From: Methanomethylovorans hollandica DSM 15978
GTDB taxonomy: Archaea > Halobacteriota > Methanosarcinia > Methanosarcinales > Methanosarcinaceae
Length of the DNA: 64,000 nucleotides
Assembly (NCBI RefSeq): GCF_000328665.1
Contig: NC_019977.1
Location: forward strand, 1,728,011-1,792,010
Reading direction: 5' to 3'
Positions 40,199 through 50,283 of the stretch are shown piece by piece; position 1 is the first letter of the stretch; each line of letters begins with the position of its first letter. The notes under the pieces are model-generated. The model searched no databases. It was not told the origin of the DNA and saw only the letters and a program-made list of their open reading frames with translations. Made by a program: the position numbers and the translations under genes.

Positions 40199-42901
40199 TT
40201 AATTTATGATTTCCAAATTTTTTCTCACACCAAATTTAATTATTTCATCTATGAGCAACAATGCAATGGCAAAGGGAACTGCCAAGAGTATATACTTTAT
40301 AGAAATCGGCGCTGTGTTGAAGACAGTATTGACCAGAGGATTGAAAATGATTAAACCAAGTATGATTAGTTCACTGGCTATTCCGAGAAGTACCATTCTG
40401 TTTCCGAAAAAGCCTCTTGTAAGCACAGACTGCCGTCTTGTACGGGATGTAAAGACATTAGCTATCTGACAGATGATAACAGCAGCAAAGAAAGCTGTGA
40501 TTGCCTGCATATAAAGCGGATCTGTAAACGGCAAAGCCTGCCCAAAGCTCCAGCCACCATCCCGCAGCACAGCAAAGTAACAGAAAAATCCGGCTGCTGC
40601 TTCAATAGGACCTTTGATACCATAGGATGTAAATAGTACCTGGCGTGTTAGCAGTTTCTCATCCTTTGACCTTGGTGGACGATGCATAATGTCACCTTCC
40701 CCCCTTTCTACTGCCAGGGCAAGTGCAGGTAGTATATCCGTACCCAGATCAATAGCCAGTATCAGCTGCACATTCATGGGCAGTGGCAGCGCTAATAACA
40801 CAAAGGCAATAAAAGGCAATATTTCAGGTACGTTGCTTGTAAGTATGTAGGCAATGAACTTCTTGATGTTATCAAACACAGTCCGTCCTTCTTCCACCGC
40901 ATTGACTATGGTCGCAAAATTATCATCCAGTAACACCATGTCCGCTGCTTCCTTTGCCACATCCGTGCCACTGCCCATGGCCACTCCCATGTCGGCAGTT
41001 TTCATAGCAGGTGCGTCATTGACACCATCACCTGTCATAGTAACGATTTCACCGGCAGCCTTGAAAGCCTGAACTATCTTGAGCTTTTGCATGGGCGATG
41101 TTCTGGCAAAGACAATCTTTGGAGCTTTGAGCCTCTCAGCCAGTTCCTGAGTGGACAGTTCAGCGAGTTCAGAGCCGATAATGATTTCAAGCTTTTCATT
41201 ATCGTCACAGAGACCTACCTGATGGGCTATAGACCTGGCAGTGATCGGATGATCACCGGTGATCATGACCACTTTTATCCCTGCCATGTGACATTTGTGG
41301 ATCGCCTCTTTTGCTTCAGGGCGGGGTGGGTCCACTGCACCTACAAGCCCCAGGAAAACAAATCCATTTTCACATTCCTGCAAATCTTCGACTTTCCTGA
41401 AGGCCAGAGCAAGCACTCTTTCACCTGCTTCTGCCATGGCAATGTGCTCATCCATGATCATCTCAGTACTCTTTCCATCAAGAGGCAGAGTACCATCCAC
41501 TGTGAGTAGCTGGCTACACATATTCATGACAACTTCAGGCGCACCTTTCAGGTAAGATTCCATTGTTCCTTCCAGGGTGGAACAAATGACCTGCATTCTC
41601 TCTTTCTTTGAGTCAAATGGATATTCCTGTAGCCGCGGATAGGCGTGCTTCAGTTTTTCGAGATCAGTGAACTGATTAGCGTACACTAACAGAGATCCTT
41701 CAGTAGGATCTCCCTTATATCCGGGAGGGTCCTCTATGATCCTTGAATTGTTGCACAGGCCAGCAACCCTTATTAGAGGTTCGGAGGGTCTTTGTTTTTC
41801 TTTGACATTCAGATAGCCTTCTCCTGTAAAGACAGAGTTTACAGCCATCTTGTTCTGGGTAAGCGTACCGGTCTTATCGGTGCATATCACAGTGGTGGAA
41901 CCCAGGGTCTCCACGGATTCTAGCTGTTTTATAAGTGCATTTTTTTTTGCCATTCTTCTGGAAGCAAGGCTCAGGGCGAGAGTGACTGTGGGCAGCAAGC
42001 CTTCCGGAACATTTGCCACAATTATACCTATAGCAAAAATGAGGTTCAGCAAGAATGTATCCTGCACGAAGGACCCTATTAAAAAGAAAGATATACCCAA
42101 AAAAATAGCGATCGAAGAGATCAACTTGATAAAACTGTTAAGTTCTTTTCTTAAGGGTGTTTCAACCGATGAAGTACGTTTGGTAAGGATAGCCAGACGA
42201 CCTATCTGAGTATTTGCTCCTGTGCCGAAAATGATAGCTTTACCGTTCCCGGTCTGCACAAGTGTGCCGGAGAATACCATATTCCTGCATTCAAGTATGT
42301 TGGGGTGGGTACACTCCAGAGAACGCAACTGGGGTTCAGCCTCTCCGGTTATGGGTGAATTATCTACCTTTAGGGAATTCACCTCTATGAGCCTGCCATC
42401 GGCAGGGACCTTGTCGCCTTCTTCAAGTAAGATCACATCCCCGGTAACTATGTCTGAGGCAAGTATTTCTGTAATTTCACCGTTTCTGAGAACCCTGGCT
42501 TTCGGAGGTATCAACTGGCGAAAGCTCTCCATTATCTTCTCTGCCTGGAATTCCTGAATGAACGTGAAGGTACTATTAAGGATCACTACAGCAAGCAGTG
42601 CTATGCCAATATAGAGGTTCCCCTGGCCGGGAGAAAGCCACTCTGCAATAAAAGCAAGTAATGAACCGACTGTAAGCAAAATTGAAAAGAAATTCCAGAA
42701 CTGTTTCAGGTACTTGTACAGTAAACTTTCCTTTCCGGTATCTTCGAGCACATTTGCTCCGTATTCTGTCAGCCTTTTGAGAGCTTCATCCTGCCTCAGT
42801 CCTGCATCACTGCTTTTCAAACGTGTGAACAGTTCATCAAAAGAAACCTGATGCTCATCACCATTTATCTGTACAGCATTGCCGCCGGTTCTTGCATCCA
42901 T
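40199..42901 (-). CDS. Cation-transporting P-type ATPase, P2C (Na,K/H,K)-like
   Basis: TGEAEPQ, VANVPEGL, DKTGTLTQN, KGAPE, MITGDH, TGDGVND, YILTSNVPE, IDLGTD. Confidence 0.93.
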   Translation of the reverse strand: MDARTGGNAVQINGDEHQVSFDELFTRLKSSDAGLRQDEALKRLTEYGANVLEDTGKESLLYKYLKQFWNFFSILLTVGSLLAFIAEWLSPGQGNLYIGIALLAVVILNSTFTFIQEFQAEKIMESFRQLIPPKARVLRNGEITEILASDIVTGDVILLEEGDKVPADGRLIEVNSLKVDNSPITGEAEPQLRSLECTHPNILECRNMVFSGTLVQTGNGKAIIFGTGANTQIGRLAILTKRTSSVETPLRKELNSFIKLISSIAIFLGISFFLIGSFVQDTFLLNLIFAIGIIVANVPEGLLPTVTLALSLASRRMAKKNALIKQLESVETLGSTTVICTDKTGTLTQNKMAVNSVFTGEGYLNVKEKQRPSEPLIRVAGLCNNSRIIEDPPGYKGDPTEGSLLVYANQFTDLEKLKHAYPRLQEYPFDSKKERMQVICSTLEGTMESYLKGAPEVVMNMCSQLLTVDGTLPLDGKSTEMIMDEHIAMAEAGERVLALAFRKVEDLQECENGFVFLGLVGAVDPPRPEAKEAIHKCHMAGIKVVMITGDHPITARSIAHQVGLCDDNEKLEIIIGSELAELSTQELAERLKAPKIVFARTSPMQKLKIVQAFKAAGEIVTMTGDGVNDAPAMKTADMGVAMGSGTDVAKEAADMVLLDDNFATIVNAVEEGRTVFDNIKKFIAYILTSNVPEILPFIAFVLLALPLPMNVQLILAIDLGTDILPALALAVERGEGDIMHRPPRSKDEKLLTRQVLFTSYGIKGPIEAAAGFFCYFAVLRDGGWSFGQALPFTDPLYMQAITAFFAAVIICQIANVFTSRTRRQSVLTRGFFGNRMVLLGIASELIILGLIIFNPLVNTVFNTAPISIKYILLAVPFAIALLLIDEIIKFGVRKNLEIIN

Positions 42902-42943
42902 CTTAAATAATTATTGATCGATTCGTACTTAAAAGATATGCCC

Positions 42944-43582
42944 TCAGACCGAAGATAGAGCAGTATATACGCTCCAAATACCTGTTGTCACAAAGTTCAC
43001 AGCCAATGCTGCAAGGAAAAGTCCCATGATCCTTGTGAATACCAGCATGCCGTTATACCCTATATATTTATAGATACGCCTGGAGAACAGGTATATCACC
43101 AGACACACTGCAAACGTGATCAATATACTTAGTATCACCATGGACTTCTGCACCATGAGATCGGTGCTTCCCATGAGCACGATCACTGTGGTGATAGTTC
43201 CCGGACCTGTTAGCAGGGGCAATGCAATCGGGAAGATCCAGATATCGGACCGGTCCTGCGATTCACTTATCTCGTTCTCAGTGATACTTTCCCGGGATAC
43301 TTTTGCGAACATCATGTCCATTGCCACATGGAACAACAGTATGCCACCGGCAATGCGTAGCGAGTCGACGTTAATGCCGAAGAGGTCCAGCATCATCTCA
43401 CCGGTAATGGCAAAGAAGAGAGCTATGACACAGGCAAGGAATACCGCTTTTTTTGCAATGGTATTCTTCTCTGCAAAGGTCATGTGACTGGTAAGGGATA
43501 TAAAGGTCACAACTCCGCTGATGGGGTTAACTATCACGAAAACGGAAATTAGGGAATAGGTGAGAAAGGCCAGGTTATCCAT
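42944..43582 (-). CDS. MarC family membrane protein
   Basis: IVNPIS, LRIAGGILL, FPIALPLLTGPG, TRIMGL. Confidence 0.92.
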   Translation of the reverse strand: MDNLAFLTYSLISVFVIVNPISGVVTFISLTSHMTFAEKNTIAKKAVFLACVIALFFAITGEMMLDLFGINVDSLRIAGGILLFHVAMDMMFAKVSRESITENEISESQDRSDIWIFPIALPLLTGPGTITTVIVLMGSTDLMVQKSMVILSILITFAVCLVIYLFSRRIYKYIGYNGMLVFTRIMGLFLAALAVNFVTTGIWSVYTALSSV

Positions 43583-43703
43583 TCATGATCCACATTAAAC
43601 GTTGTTTTTCAGAGTAGTAGATTCTGCAAGAATCATGCTTTTAATTGCCACTGAACAGTTAAAAGCCTTATTATCAAAAAAGGTTAAAAGAAGCCAAAGG
43701 TGA

Positions 43704-44981
43704 TCATTCTTCCTTTGAAAGGGCTTCTTTTACTATCTTCATCGCACAGAGATCACCACACATGGAACATGCATCACTGCCTGTCACACGGCTTTCCCTG
43801 ATACTGCGAGCACGTTCTCCGTCAATGGCCAGTCTGTACTGTTCTTCCCAGTCAAGCCTATGGCGTGCGTGTGACATCCTATCGTCCAACGCACGTGCTC
43901 TTTCCCGTTGTCCTTCTTTTGCAATGTCTGCAGCATGTGCTGCGATCTTAGTTACGATCGTACCTTCTCGTATATCACTTACCGTAGGTAATGCCAGGTG
44001 TTCCGAAGGCGTGGTCATACACAAGAAGTCTGCGCCATACATGCCTGCGAGAGTTCCGCCGATAGCACCGGTTATGTGGTCATATCCCGGAGCTATATCG
44101 GTCACCAGAGGACCCAGAAGATAGACAGGAGCATCAAGGCACAGGCTCTTCATGGTCTTTACACAAGTCTCGATCTCATTCACAGGCACATGTCCCGGAC
44201 CTTCCACAAAGGATTGCACGTTCGCAGTACGTGCCCTTTTCACAAGCTCGCCCAGAGTGACGATCTCAGTAAACATTGCGCCATCAGATGCATCGTGGAT
44301 ACAACCCGGCCTCATGCCATCCCCAAGGCTCACAGCCATATCATGCTCATAGGCTATTTCGAGGAGATAGTCGTATTCGGTGTAGAAAGGGTTGTCTTCC
44401 TGATTATGCAACATCCATGCAAGAGTGAACGCACCACCACGGCTGACAACTTCGGTGATCCTATCGCCTTTTTTGATCCGTCCGAGAGAATCAAGGTTCA
44501 CACCAGCATGCACCGTGACAAAATCCACTCCATCCATGGCATGTTTCCTGACAGCATTGAACATGTCATCGGAGGTCATGTCCACAACCGCTTGCCGGGA
44601 TGCTGCTGCCTGATATATAGGTACGGAGCCTATGGGGATATGAACAGCTTTCATGATCATGGACCGGATACTATCCAGATCTCCGCCTGTGGAAAGGTCC
44701 ATCAGCGCATCGGCACCGAACTTTTCGGCAGTGCGCGCTTTTTCAATCTCTTCCTCTATATTGATGTAGTCTCTGGACGTACCTATGTTGGCATTTATCT
44801 TAGTGCTCATGTACCTGCCAATGCCCACAGGCCTTGAATCCCTTGCAGGGTTATCGGGTATGGCAATGATGCCTTTTGCCACACAGGAGCGTACAAGGTC
44901 GGGATCAATACCTTCTTTTTTAGCTACTTCCTGTATCTGGGGAGCTATAATCCCCTTTTTTGCATCTTCCATGAGTGTCAT
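43704..44981 (-). CDS. thiC: ThiC-family radical SAM enzyme (HMP-P synthase or Bza-type paralog)
   Basis: [49 protein letters not shown]. Confidence 0.85.
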   Translation of the reverse strand: MTLMEDAKKGIIAPQIQEVAKKEGIDPDLVRSCVAKGIIAIPDNPARDSRPVGIGRYMSTKINANIGTSRDYINIEEEIEKARTAEKFGADALMDLSTGGDLDSIRSMIMKAVHIPIGSVPIYQAAASRQAVVDMTSDDMFNAVRKHAMDGVDFVTVHAGVNLDSLGRIKKGDRITEVVSRGGAFTLAWMLHNQEDNPFYTEYDYLLEIAYEHDMAVSLGDGMRPGCIHDASDGAMFTEIVTLGELVKRARTANVQSFVEGPGHVPVNEIETCVKTMKSLCLDAPVYLLGPLVTDIAPGYDHITGAIGGTLAGMYGADFLCMTTPSEHLALPTVSDIREGTIVTKIAAHAADIAKEGQRERARALDDRMSHARHRLDWEEQYRLAIDGERARSIRESRVTGSDACSMCGDLCAMKIVKEALSKEE

Positions 44982-45107
44982 TGATATTCTCGTATGAACA
45001 CGAACATAAAAGCCTTTTGCTGTCCTTATATATCCTGTCTGACATATATCGGTGCAGAGTATTTATCAGCTGCGTGGAAAATGAATAAGTAAGGTCGCGG
45101 TGGTACG

Positions 45108-45532
45108 ATGCCCCATGATGTTGAAAAAAGCTCATTAGTTTACGGTGTGGATCTTTACAGATTCGTGAAGGATATAAAGTTCGTCCTGTTATTCTATGTA
45201 ACAGGTGACCTGATGACCATGATATACGTTATAGGATCTGGTCTTGCACAGGAAGGCAATCCGATAGTATCTGCATTCTCCTCCATGAATGGACTTTATA
45301 GCATCGTACTGTTCAAGGTATTCTTCACAATAGCACTGTTGGGAAACTATACTTATATTATACATTCCACGGCAGGGAAAAAACAGGGCCAGACCTTTGC
45401 ATGGAATGCCCTCAGACATACCACTTTGCAATAATGGGACTGATAATAATATTCAATAACCTGCTTGTGATGGGAGGCTATATAAACCCTGTTTATCGGG
45501 TATTGACCTTTGTAACCAGCCTTCTGATCTGA
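45108..45532 (+). pseudogene. DUF5658-like membrane protein with 1-nt frameshift near 45425
   Basis: FYVTGDLMT..QEGNP stops at 45434; the shifted frame continues FAIMGLIIIFNNLLV...LI* to 45532, matching the C-terminus of the 29437 paralog. Confidence 0.7.
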
Positions 45533-45632
45533 GACCGGAATCCCTTTAGATTCTTTTCTGACAATCGATAAAGTTAATGTAAGGTCAGTTATAATGTATC
45601 GCGCACGATTCTTACAGGGTGCGGGATATATT

Positions 45633-47969
45633 ATGACTGTTGTTGTATTTACCGAAAAGAACAAAGCTGCTTCACAGATAGCCAACATTTTAAGCGGAGG
45701 CAAGCCTGACAGGAAGCTTGTCGAAGGAGTGCCAGTCTATATGTTCCGCAGGAATGGCCAGGAATGGCAGGTAATGGGCCTTTCGGGTCATATAATGGGC
45801 TATGATTTTCCACAGGAGCTGAACAACTGGCGCTCGGTGGACCCGGCCATATTGATCGATACACGACCCATCAAGACAGTTACAAAAAAACCGTTTGCAG
45901 ATGCCATTATTTCTCTTGCCAGGGAAGCTGATGCGATAATACTTGCTTGTGATTTTGACAGGGAAGGCGAGAATATCGGTTTTGAAGCGAAGGAACTTGC
46001 ATCCAGGGTTTCCCGTGCTCCTGTAAAAAGAGCTAGGTTCTCTTCATTGTCGGATTCTGAGATCATTAAGGCTTTTGATAATCCGGTGGAACCTGATGCA
46101 GCCATGGCAATGTCTGCGGAAGCCCGCCAGATCCTCGACCTTAAGATGGGCGCTGCTTTTACCCGGTACCTCACCCTGGCCGTAAGAGAAAGGGCACGTA
46201 CCAAGGAAATCCTTTCCATAGGACCGTGCCAGACCCCTACCTGCGGTTTCGTATATGAAAGAGACAAGGCCATTAAAGAGTTCAATCCGGAGGATTTCTG
46301 GAAAATAGAAGCACTTTTCCATGCAAAGGACATGGACTTCAAAGGAGTGCACCGGGCAGGCAATATAAAAGATAAGGCGAAAGCAGCCGAAATATTCGAT
46401 CGTATCCGGGCAGGCAAGACCGGGCTGGTTACAAAAAAGAGCGTCACTGAAATAAAGACAAATGCACCATACCCGCTCAACACTACCGAATTCCTTAAAC
46501 GTGCCTCTAAGTTCCTTAACATCAGCCCCGAATCTGCTCTTGAGATAGCCGAGCAGCTGTATCTGAACGGTTTCACAAGCTATCCGAGGACTGAAACAAA
46601 TAAATATGCCGATGATTTTGATTTTAAGTCAAAAGTCATAGCCTTTACATCCACAGAATACAGAGACCATGCACTTGCCATACTCTCAGGCGGGGATATT
46701 GTTGTGCGCAATGGTATAAAAGACGGACATGACCACCCTCCCATACATCCGATAAAAGCTGTTGCTGTAAAGGAAGTGGAAAAAGCTGTAAAGACAGAAG
46801 GTGCCGGCAAGATCTATGACCTGATAGCCAGGCATTTTCTTGCTAACCTCATGCCTGCGGCTTTATTTGAGAAGACGCATCTCGAGATCACAGTGGAAAA
46901 AGAACTGTTCGACTCTTCGGGGTCCATAATGAAAAACGAAGGCTGGATGGTAGTTTATCCGTTTGAGACAAAGAACGACAAATTGCTGCCCGATATAAAG
47001 GAGCAAGATGAGGTCAAGGTGAAAAAGCTGGAGAACATAGCTTCCAAAACCACTCCACCAAAACACCTTACTGAAGCCGAACTTCTCACCCTCATGGATA
47101 AACATGGTATCGGCACCAAGGCAACAGCTCCTTCCCATATAGAGACTAACAAGAAACGTGGTTATTTTGAAACAAAGGGGAAGACCATAGTCATCCAGGA
47201 AACTGGTTTCATTCTGATGGACGCTCTTAGCACATCGATACCAGTTGTAGTGAAACCGGAAATAAGGGCAAGTATAGAGTCCCTGGTGCAGGAAGTGGAG
47301 GATGGCAGCAAGGACTTAGAGCATGCAGTGGCTGAGGGGACAGAGCTTATCAAAATGATGTATTCACGGCTTACCGAGAGCCGGGATTCCATTGTATCGC
47401 GGCTTGCAGGATCTATAAATGATGGCACTGCCACTGATGACAAAAAGAACTATATTGGCAAATGCCCGGATTGCGGACGTGTGCTGCGCATAATAAGCAC
47501 TGAGAAGGGACGTTTTGTAGGGTGCACCGGCTATCCGCAATGCAGGAACAGCTATCCTTTGCCCAGGGAAGGTGCACTTTCAGTGCTTCGTTCAAAAAAT
47601 TGTAAGAAGGGTGGAGCTGCAGTAATAAAGGTAGGGAACAAATATTGCTGGGCAGTGGGTATAGGTCCATGCTTTGCATGTGACCTTATGAAGAAATGCT
47701 TCCCCCCTGAAGTAGTGGGGCCCTGCCCAATATGTGACGGAGAGATGTGTCTTGTCACTACAAAGGATTCACGTTTTCTGGGTTGTAGCAACCGCTGTGG
47801 CCGTACTCAGTCCCTGCCGCAGGAAGGCAGACTTACAGTGCTTGAGCGCAAGTGTGAGGTGTGTGGATGGAAAATGATCCGCATAAAGGAAAAAGATAAG
47901 GAAGCCATTGAAAAGTGTGTAAATCGCAGCTGTGGAAAAGATCAGGGTAAAAAAAGGCTTTCAACTTGA
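45633..47969 (+). CDS. topA: DNA topoisomerase I (type IA) with C-terminal zinc ribbons
   Basis: TEK, SGH, ACDFDREGENI, GPCQTPT, SYPRTE, GIGTKAT, multiple CxxC. Confidence 0.95.
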   Translation: MTVVVFTEKNKAASQIANILSGGKPDRKLVEGVPVYMFRRNGQEWQVMGLSGHIMGYDFPQELNNWRSVDPAILIDTRPIKTVTKKPFADAIISLAREADAIILACDFDREGENIGFEAKELASRVSRAPVKRARFSSLSDSEIIKAFDNPVEPDAAMAMSAEARQILDLKMGAAFTRYLTLAVRERARTKEILSIGPCQTPTCGFVYERDKAIKEFNPEDFWKIEALFHAKDMDFKGVHRAGNIKDKAKAAEIFDRIRAGKTGLVTKKSVTEIKTNAPYPLNTTEFLKRASKFLNISPESALEIAEQLYLNGFTSYPRTETNKYADDFDFKSKVIAFTSTEYRDHALAILSGGDIVVRNGIKDGHDHPPIHPIKAVAVKEVEKAVKTEGAGKIYDLIARHFLANLMPAALFEKTHLEITVEKELFDSSGSIMKNEGWMVVYPFETKNDKLLPDIKEQDEVKVKKLENIASKTTPPKHLTEAELLTLMDKHGIGTKATAPSHIETNKKRGYFETKGKTIVIQETGFILMDALSTSIPVVVKPEIRASIESLVQEVEDGSKDLEHAVAEGTELIKMMYSRLTESRDSIVSRLAGSINDGTATDDKKNYIGKCPDCGRVLRIISTEKGRFVGCTGYPQCRNSYPLPREGALSVLRSKNCKKGGAAVIKVGNKYCWAVGIGPCFACDLMKKCFPPEVVGPCPICDGEMCLVTTKDSRFLGCSNRCGRTQSLPQEGRLTVLERKCEVCGWKMIRIKEKDKEAIEKCVNRSCGKDQGKKRLST

Positions 47970-48012
47970 GTTGATTTTGCTCTAAATCAATTAACCTTGA
48001 TTAGTCGTATTG

Positions 48013-48030
48013 CGAACAAATCTTTAAATA
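48013..48030 (+). promoter_or_regulatory. Archaeal BRE/TATA (CGAACAAA..TTTAAATA) with no downstream + strand CDS
   Basis: TTTAAATA at 48023-48030, about 23 nt before a long stem-loop. Confidence 0.55.
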
Positions 48031-48052
48031 TAAGAAATGCATACTTAGAATT

Positions 48053-48154
48053 AGAGACGAAGGGCAAAACCGGAAAACCTTCTAATACCAAACTGGTGTC
48101 TAAATCCAAAATATATTCTAAGCCTCCTTAATTTCGGTTTGCGGCTTCGCCTCT
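48053..48154 (+). ncRNA. Candidate ~102-nt small RNA with long terminal stem
   Basis: 48053-48076 pairs with 48132-48154; the loop contains CCTCCT. Confidence 0.55.
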
Positions 48155-48677
48155 ACCTCCATAAATTACCATACAGTTCTTCAAAAGCTATTTCATTAAG
48201 CTCTTTTCTTGAAGATGTTGTTTTAAACTCGCCTGGATGCCCTATGGCCAGTGCAGCCACGAGTTCAAGAGATGCCGGGGCTTCTAAAATCAAATTCACT
48301 TGTTCTTTATTCTTTAAGATCTCTCCGAGCCACACTGCCCCCAATCCAAGTTCACAACAGGCAAGCAGCATATTCTGTATGGCTGCACCTGTGGATTGCA
48401 CATCTTTTGTGCGATCGTACATCGTAGAGGTATCCAGAAAAACAGCTATGATCACACTTGATCCTTTTACAATAGATGAATAGCGTGTACAAACAGCCAG
48501 CTTTTCTATTGTGTCCCTGTTTTGTACTACTATGAATTTCCAGGGCTGGTTGTTAAGGCCCGATGGTGCCCAGCGTCCGGCTTCAAGGATCATTGTTATA
48601 TCCGATCTTGCCACAGGCTCAGACGTATAACTGCGGATGCTTCTTCTTGAAAGAATGGTCTCTATGGTTCCCTGCAT
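48153..48677 (-). CDS. Nitroreductase family protein
   Basis: RRSIRSY, WAPSGLNNQPW, AAIQNMLLA..LGLGAVW. Confidence 0.93.
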   Translation of the reverse strand: MQGTIETILSRRSIRSYTSEPVARSDITMILEAGRWAPSGLNNQPWKFIVVQNRDTIEKLAVCTRYSSIVKGSSVIIAVFLDTSTMYDRTKDVQSTGAAIQNMLLACCELGLGAVWLGEILKNKEQVNLILEAPASLELVAALAIGHPGEFKTTSSRKELNEIAFEELYGNLWR

Positions 48678-48762
48678 TTATATCACTTCAAAAAAGGTAG
48701 ACGTGTTCTTGTATATAAGACACGTCTTTGTATGGAAATAAAAGAATTATATTCCAGAAAGT

Positions 48763-49773
48763 TCACTTCTCATTAAGGCCACTGTTAAGCCATGGCATCA
48801 TGGCACGCAACCTGCGGCCCACTTCTTCCACAGGGTGTTCCCTGTCCAGACGTTCCATAGATGTGAGCACGGGCCTGTTGGCCTTGCCTTCGAGCACGAA
48901 CTCCCTTGCGAACTCTCCGTTCTGGATACGTTCCAGAGCTTCGTACATGGCTTCCCTGGACAGCTCATTGATGACCTTAGGCCCAACGGTCATTCCACCG
49001 TATTCAGCAGTGTTGGATACGGAATACCACATCTTCTCCAGACCACCTTCATGGATAAGATCTACGATGAGCTTCAGCTCATGAGTGGTCTCAAAATATG
49101 CCATCTCTGGCTGGTAACCAGCTTCGACGAGAACCTCAAAGGCAGTCTTGATAAGAGAGGCCACGCCACCGCACAGGTCTACCTGCTCGCCGAAGAGGTC
49201 AGTTTCCGTTTCCTCACGGAAGGTTGTCTCAAATACTCCGGCCCGTGTACAACCTACACCTTTTGCATGTGCCAGGGCTAACTCTTTTGCCATGCCTGTA
49301 GCATCCTGATAGACTGCAATAAGACCAGGGACCCCATGTCCTTCTTTGTAAGTTCTGCGCACAAGGTGTCCCGGGCTTTTTGGTGCCACCATGTACACAT
49401 CGATGTCTTTCTTGGGCACTATCTGATTGTAATGGATGTTAAAACCGTGGGAGAAAACAAGAGCATTACCTGGCTCAAGTCCGGATTCTATCTCCTCATA
49501 GTAAATCTGGGACTGTGTTTCGTCCGGCAGAAGCATCTGGATGACATCAGCCGCTTTGGCCGCCTCTTTGACCGTCATGACCTTAAGGCCATCCTCTTCT
49601 GCCTGCCGCCATCGTTTGCTGCCCTCACGCAGACCTACGATCACCTCAAGTCCGGAATCATGCAGGTTCTGGGCCTGGGCATGACCCTGGCTGCCATATC
49701 CCATCACCGCTATCTTCTTACCTTGCAGGATGCTGAGATCTGCATCCTTATCATAGTACATATTTACTGCCAT
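48763..49773 (-). CDS. ilvC: Ketol-acid reductoisomerase
   Basis: [40 protein letters not shown]. Confidence 0.97.
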   Translation of the reverse strand: MAVNMYYDKDADLSILQGKKIAVMGYGSQGHAQAQNLHDSGLEVIVGLREGSKRWRQAEEDGLKVMTVKEAAKAADVIQMLLPDETQSQIYYEEIESGLEPGNALVFSHGFNIHYNQIVPKKDIDVYMVAPKSPGHLVRRTYKEGHGVPGLIAVYQDATGMAKELALAHAKGVGCTRAGVFETTFREETETDLFGEQVDLCGGVASLIKTAFEVLVEAGYQPEMAYFETTHELKLIVDLIHEGGLEKMWYSVSNTAEYGGMTVGPKVINELSREAMYEALERIQNGEFAREFVLEGKANRPVLTSMERLDREHPVEEVGRRLRAMMPWLNSGLNEK

Positions 49774-49797
49774 TTGAATTACCTCTTAAGTTTATCT

Positions 49798-50283
49798 TTA
49801 TACGCTCTTCGGGCCTCTGCGCAGGGCAATTTTACCTGTACGCACCATTTCCTTGATACCGAAGGGCTTAAGCAACTGTTCTATTGCCTTGATCTTGTTC
49901 TCGTCACCTGTTACCTCTATGACCATGGACTTGCTGGCAACATCGATGATCTTTGCCCTGAAGATGTCTGCTATTTGCATGATCTCGGAGCGATTGTTCA
50001 CATCCGCATTGACCTTAATAAGGACAAGTTCCCTTTCCACAATGTCCTCGGTCCCAAGATCTGTTACCCTGATAACATCGATCAATTTATTTAGCTGTTT
50101 GGTGACCTGTTCCAGAACGAGGTCATCACCACGTACGACAATGGTCATCCGGGATATTGTGGGATCCTCGGTAACCCCCACTGCCAGGCTGTCTATGTTA
50201 TAGCCCCGGCGGGCAAACAAGCTGGCAACCCGTGAAAGCACACCGTATCTGTTCTCCACCAGAACTGCAAGTGTATGTTTCAT
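49798..50283 (-). CDS. ilvN: Acetolactate synthase small subunit
   Basis: [40 protein letters not shown]. Confidence 0.96.
   Translation of the reverse strand: MKHTLAVLVENRYGVLSRVASLFARRGYNIDSLAVGVTEDPTISRMTIVVRGDDLVLEQVTKQLNKLIDVIRVTDLGTEDIVERELVLIKVNADVNNRSEIMQIADIFRAKIIDVASKSMVIEVTGDENKIKAIEQLLKPFGIKEMVRTGKIALRRGPKSV

Noticed and set aside
43998..44837. Long antisense ORFs (here and at 9563-10336, 45800-46576, 49336-50094)
   Set aside because: Shadow frames of well-supported genes on the opposite strand
44982..45107. TPP riboswitch upstream of the thiC-like gene
   Set aside because: No CTGAGA / CCTGA..GNNAGGGA core motifs visible
48061..48080. GGCAAAACC-GGAAA resembling a c-di-GMP-I riboswitch
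   Set aside because: The second stem (GCAAA..) is missing and there is no downstream + strand gene; the long terminal stem explains it better
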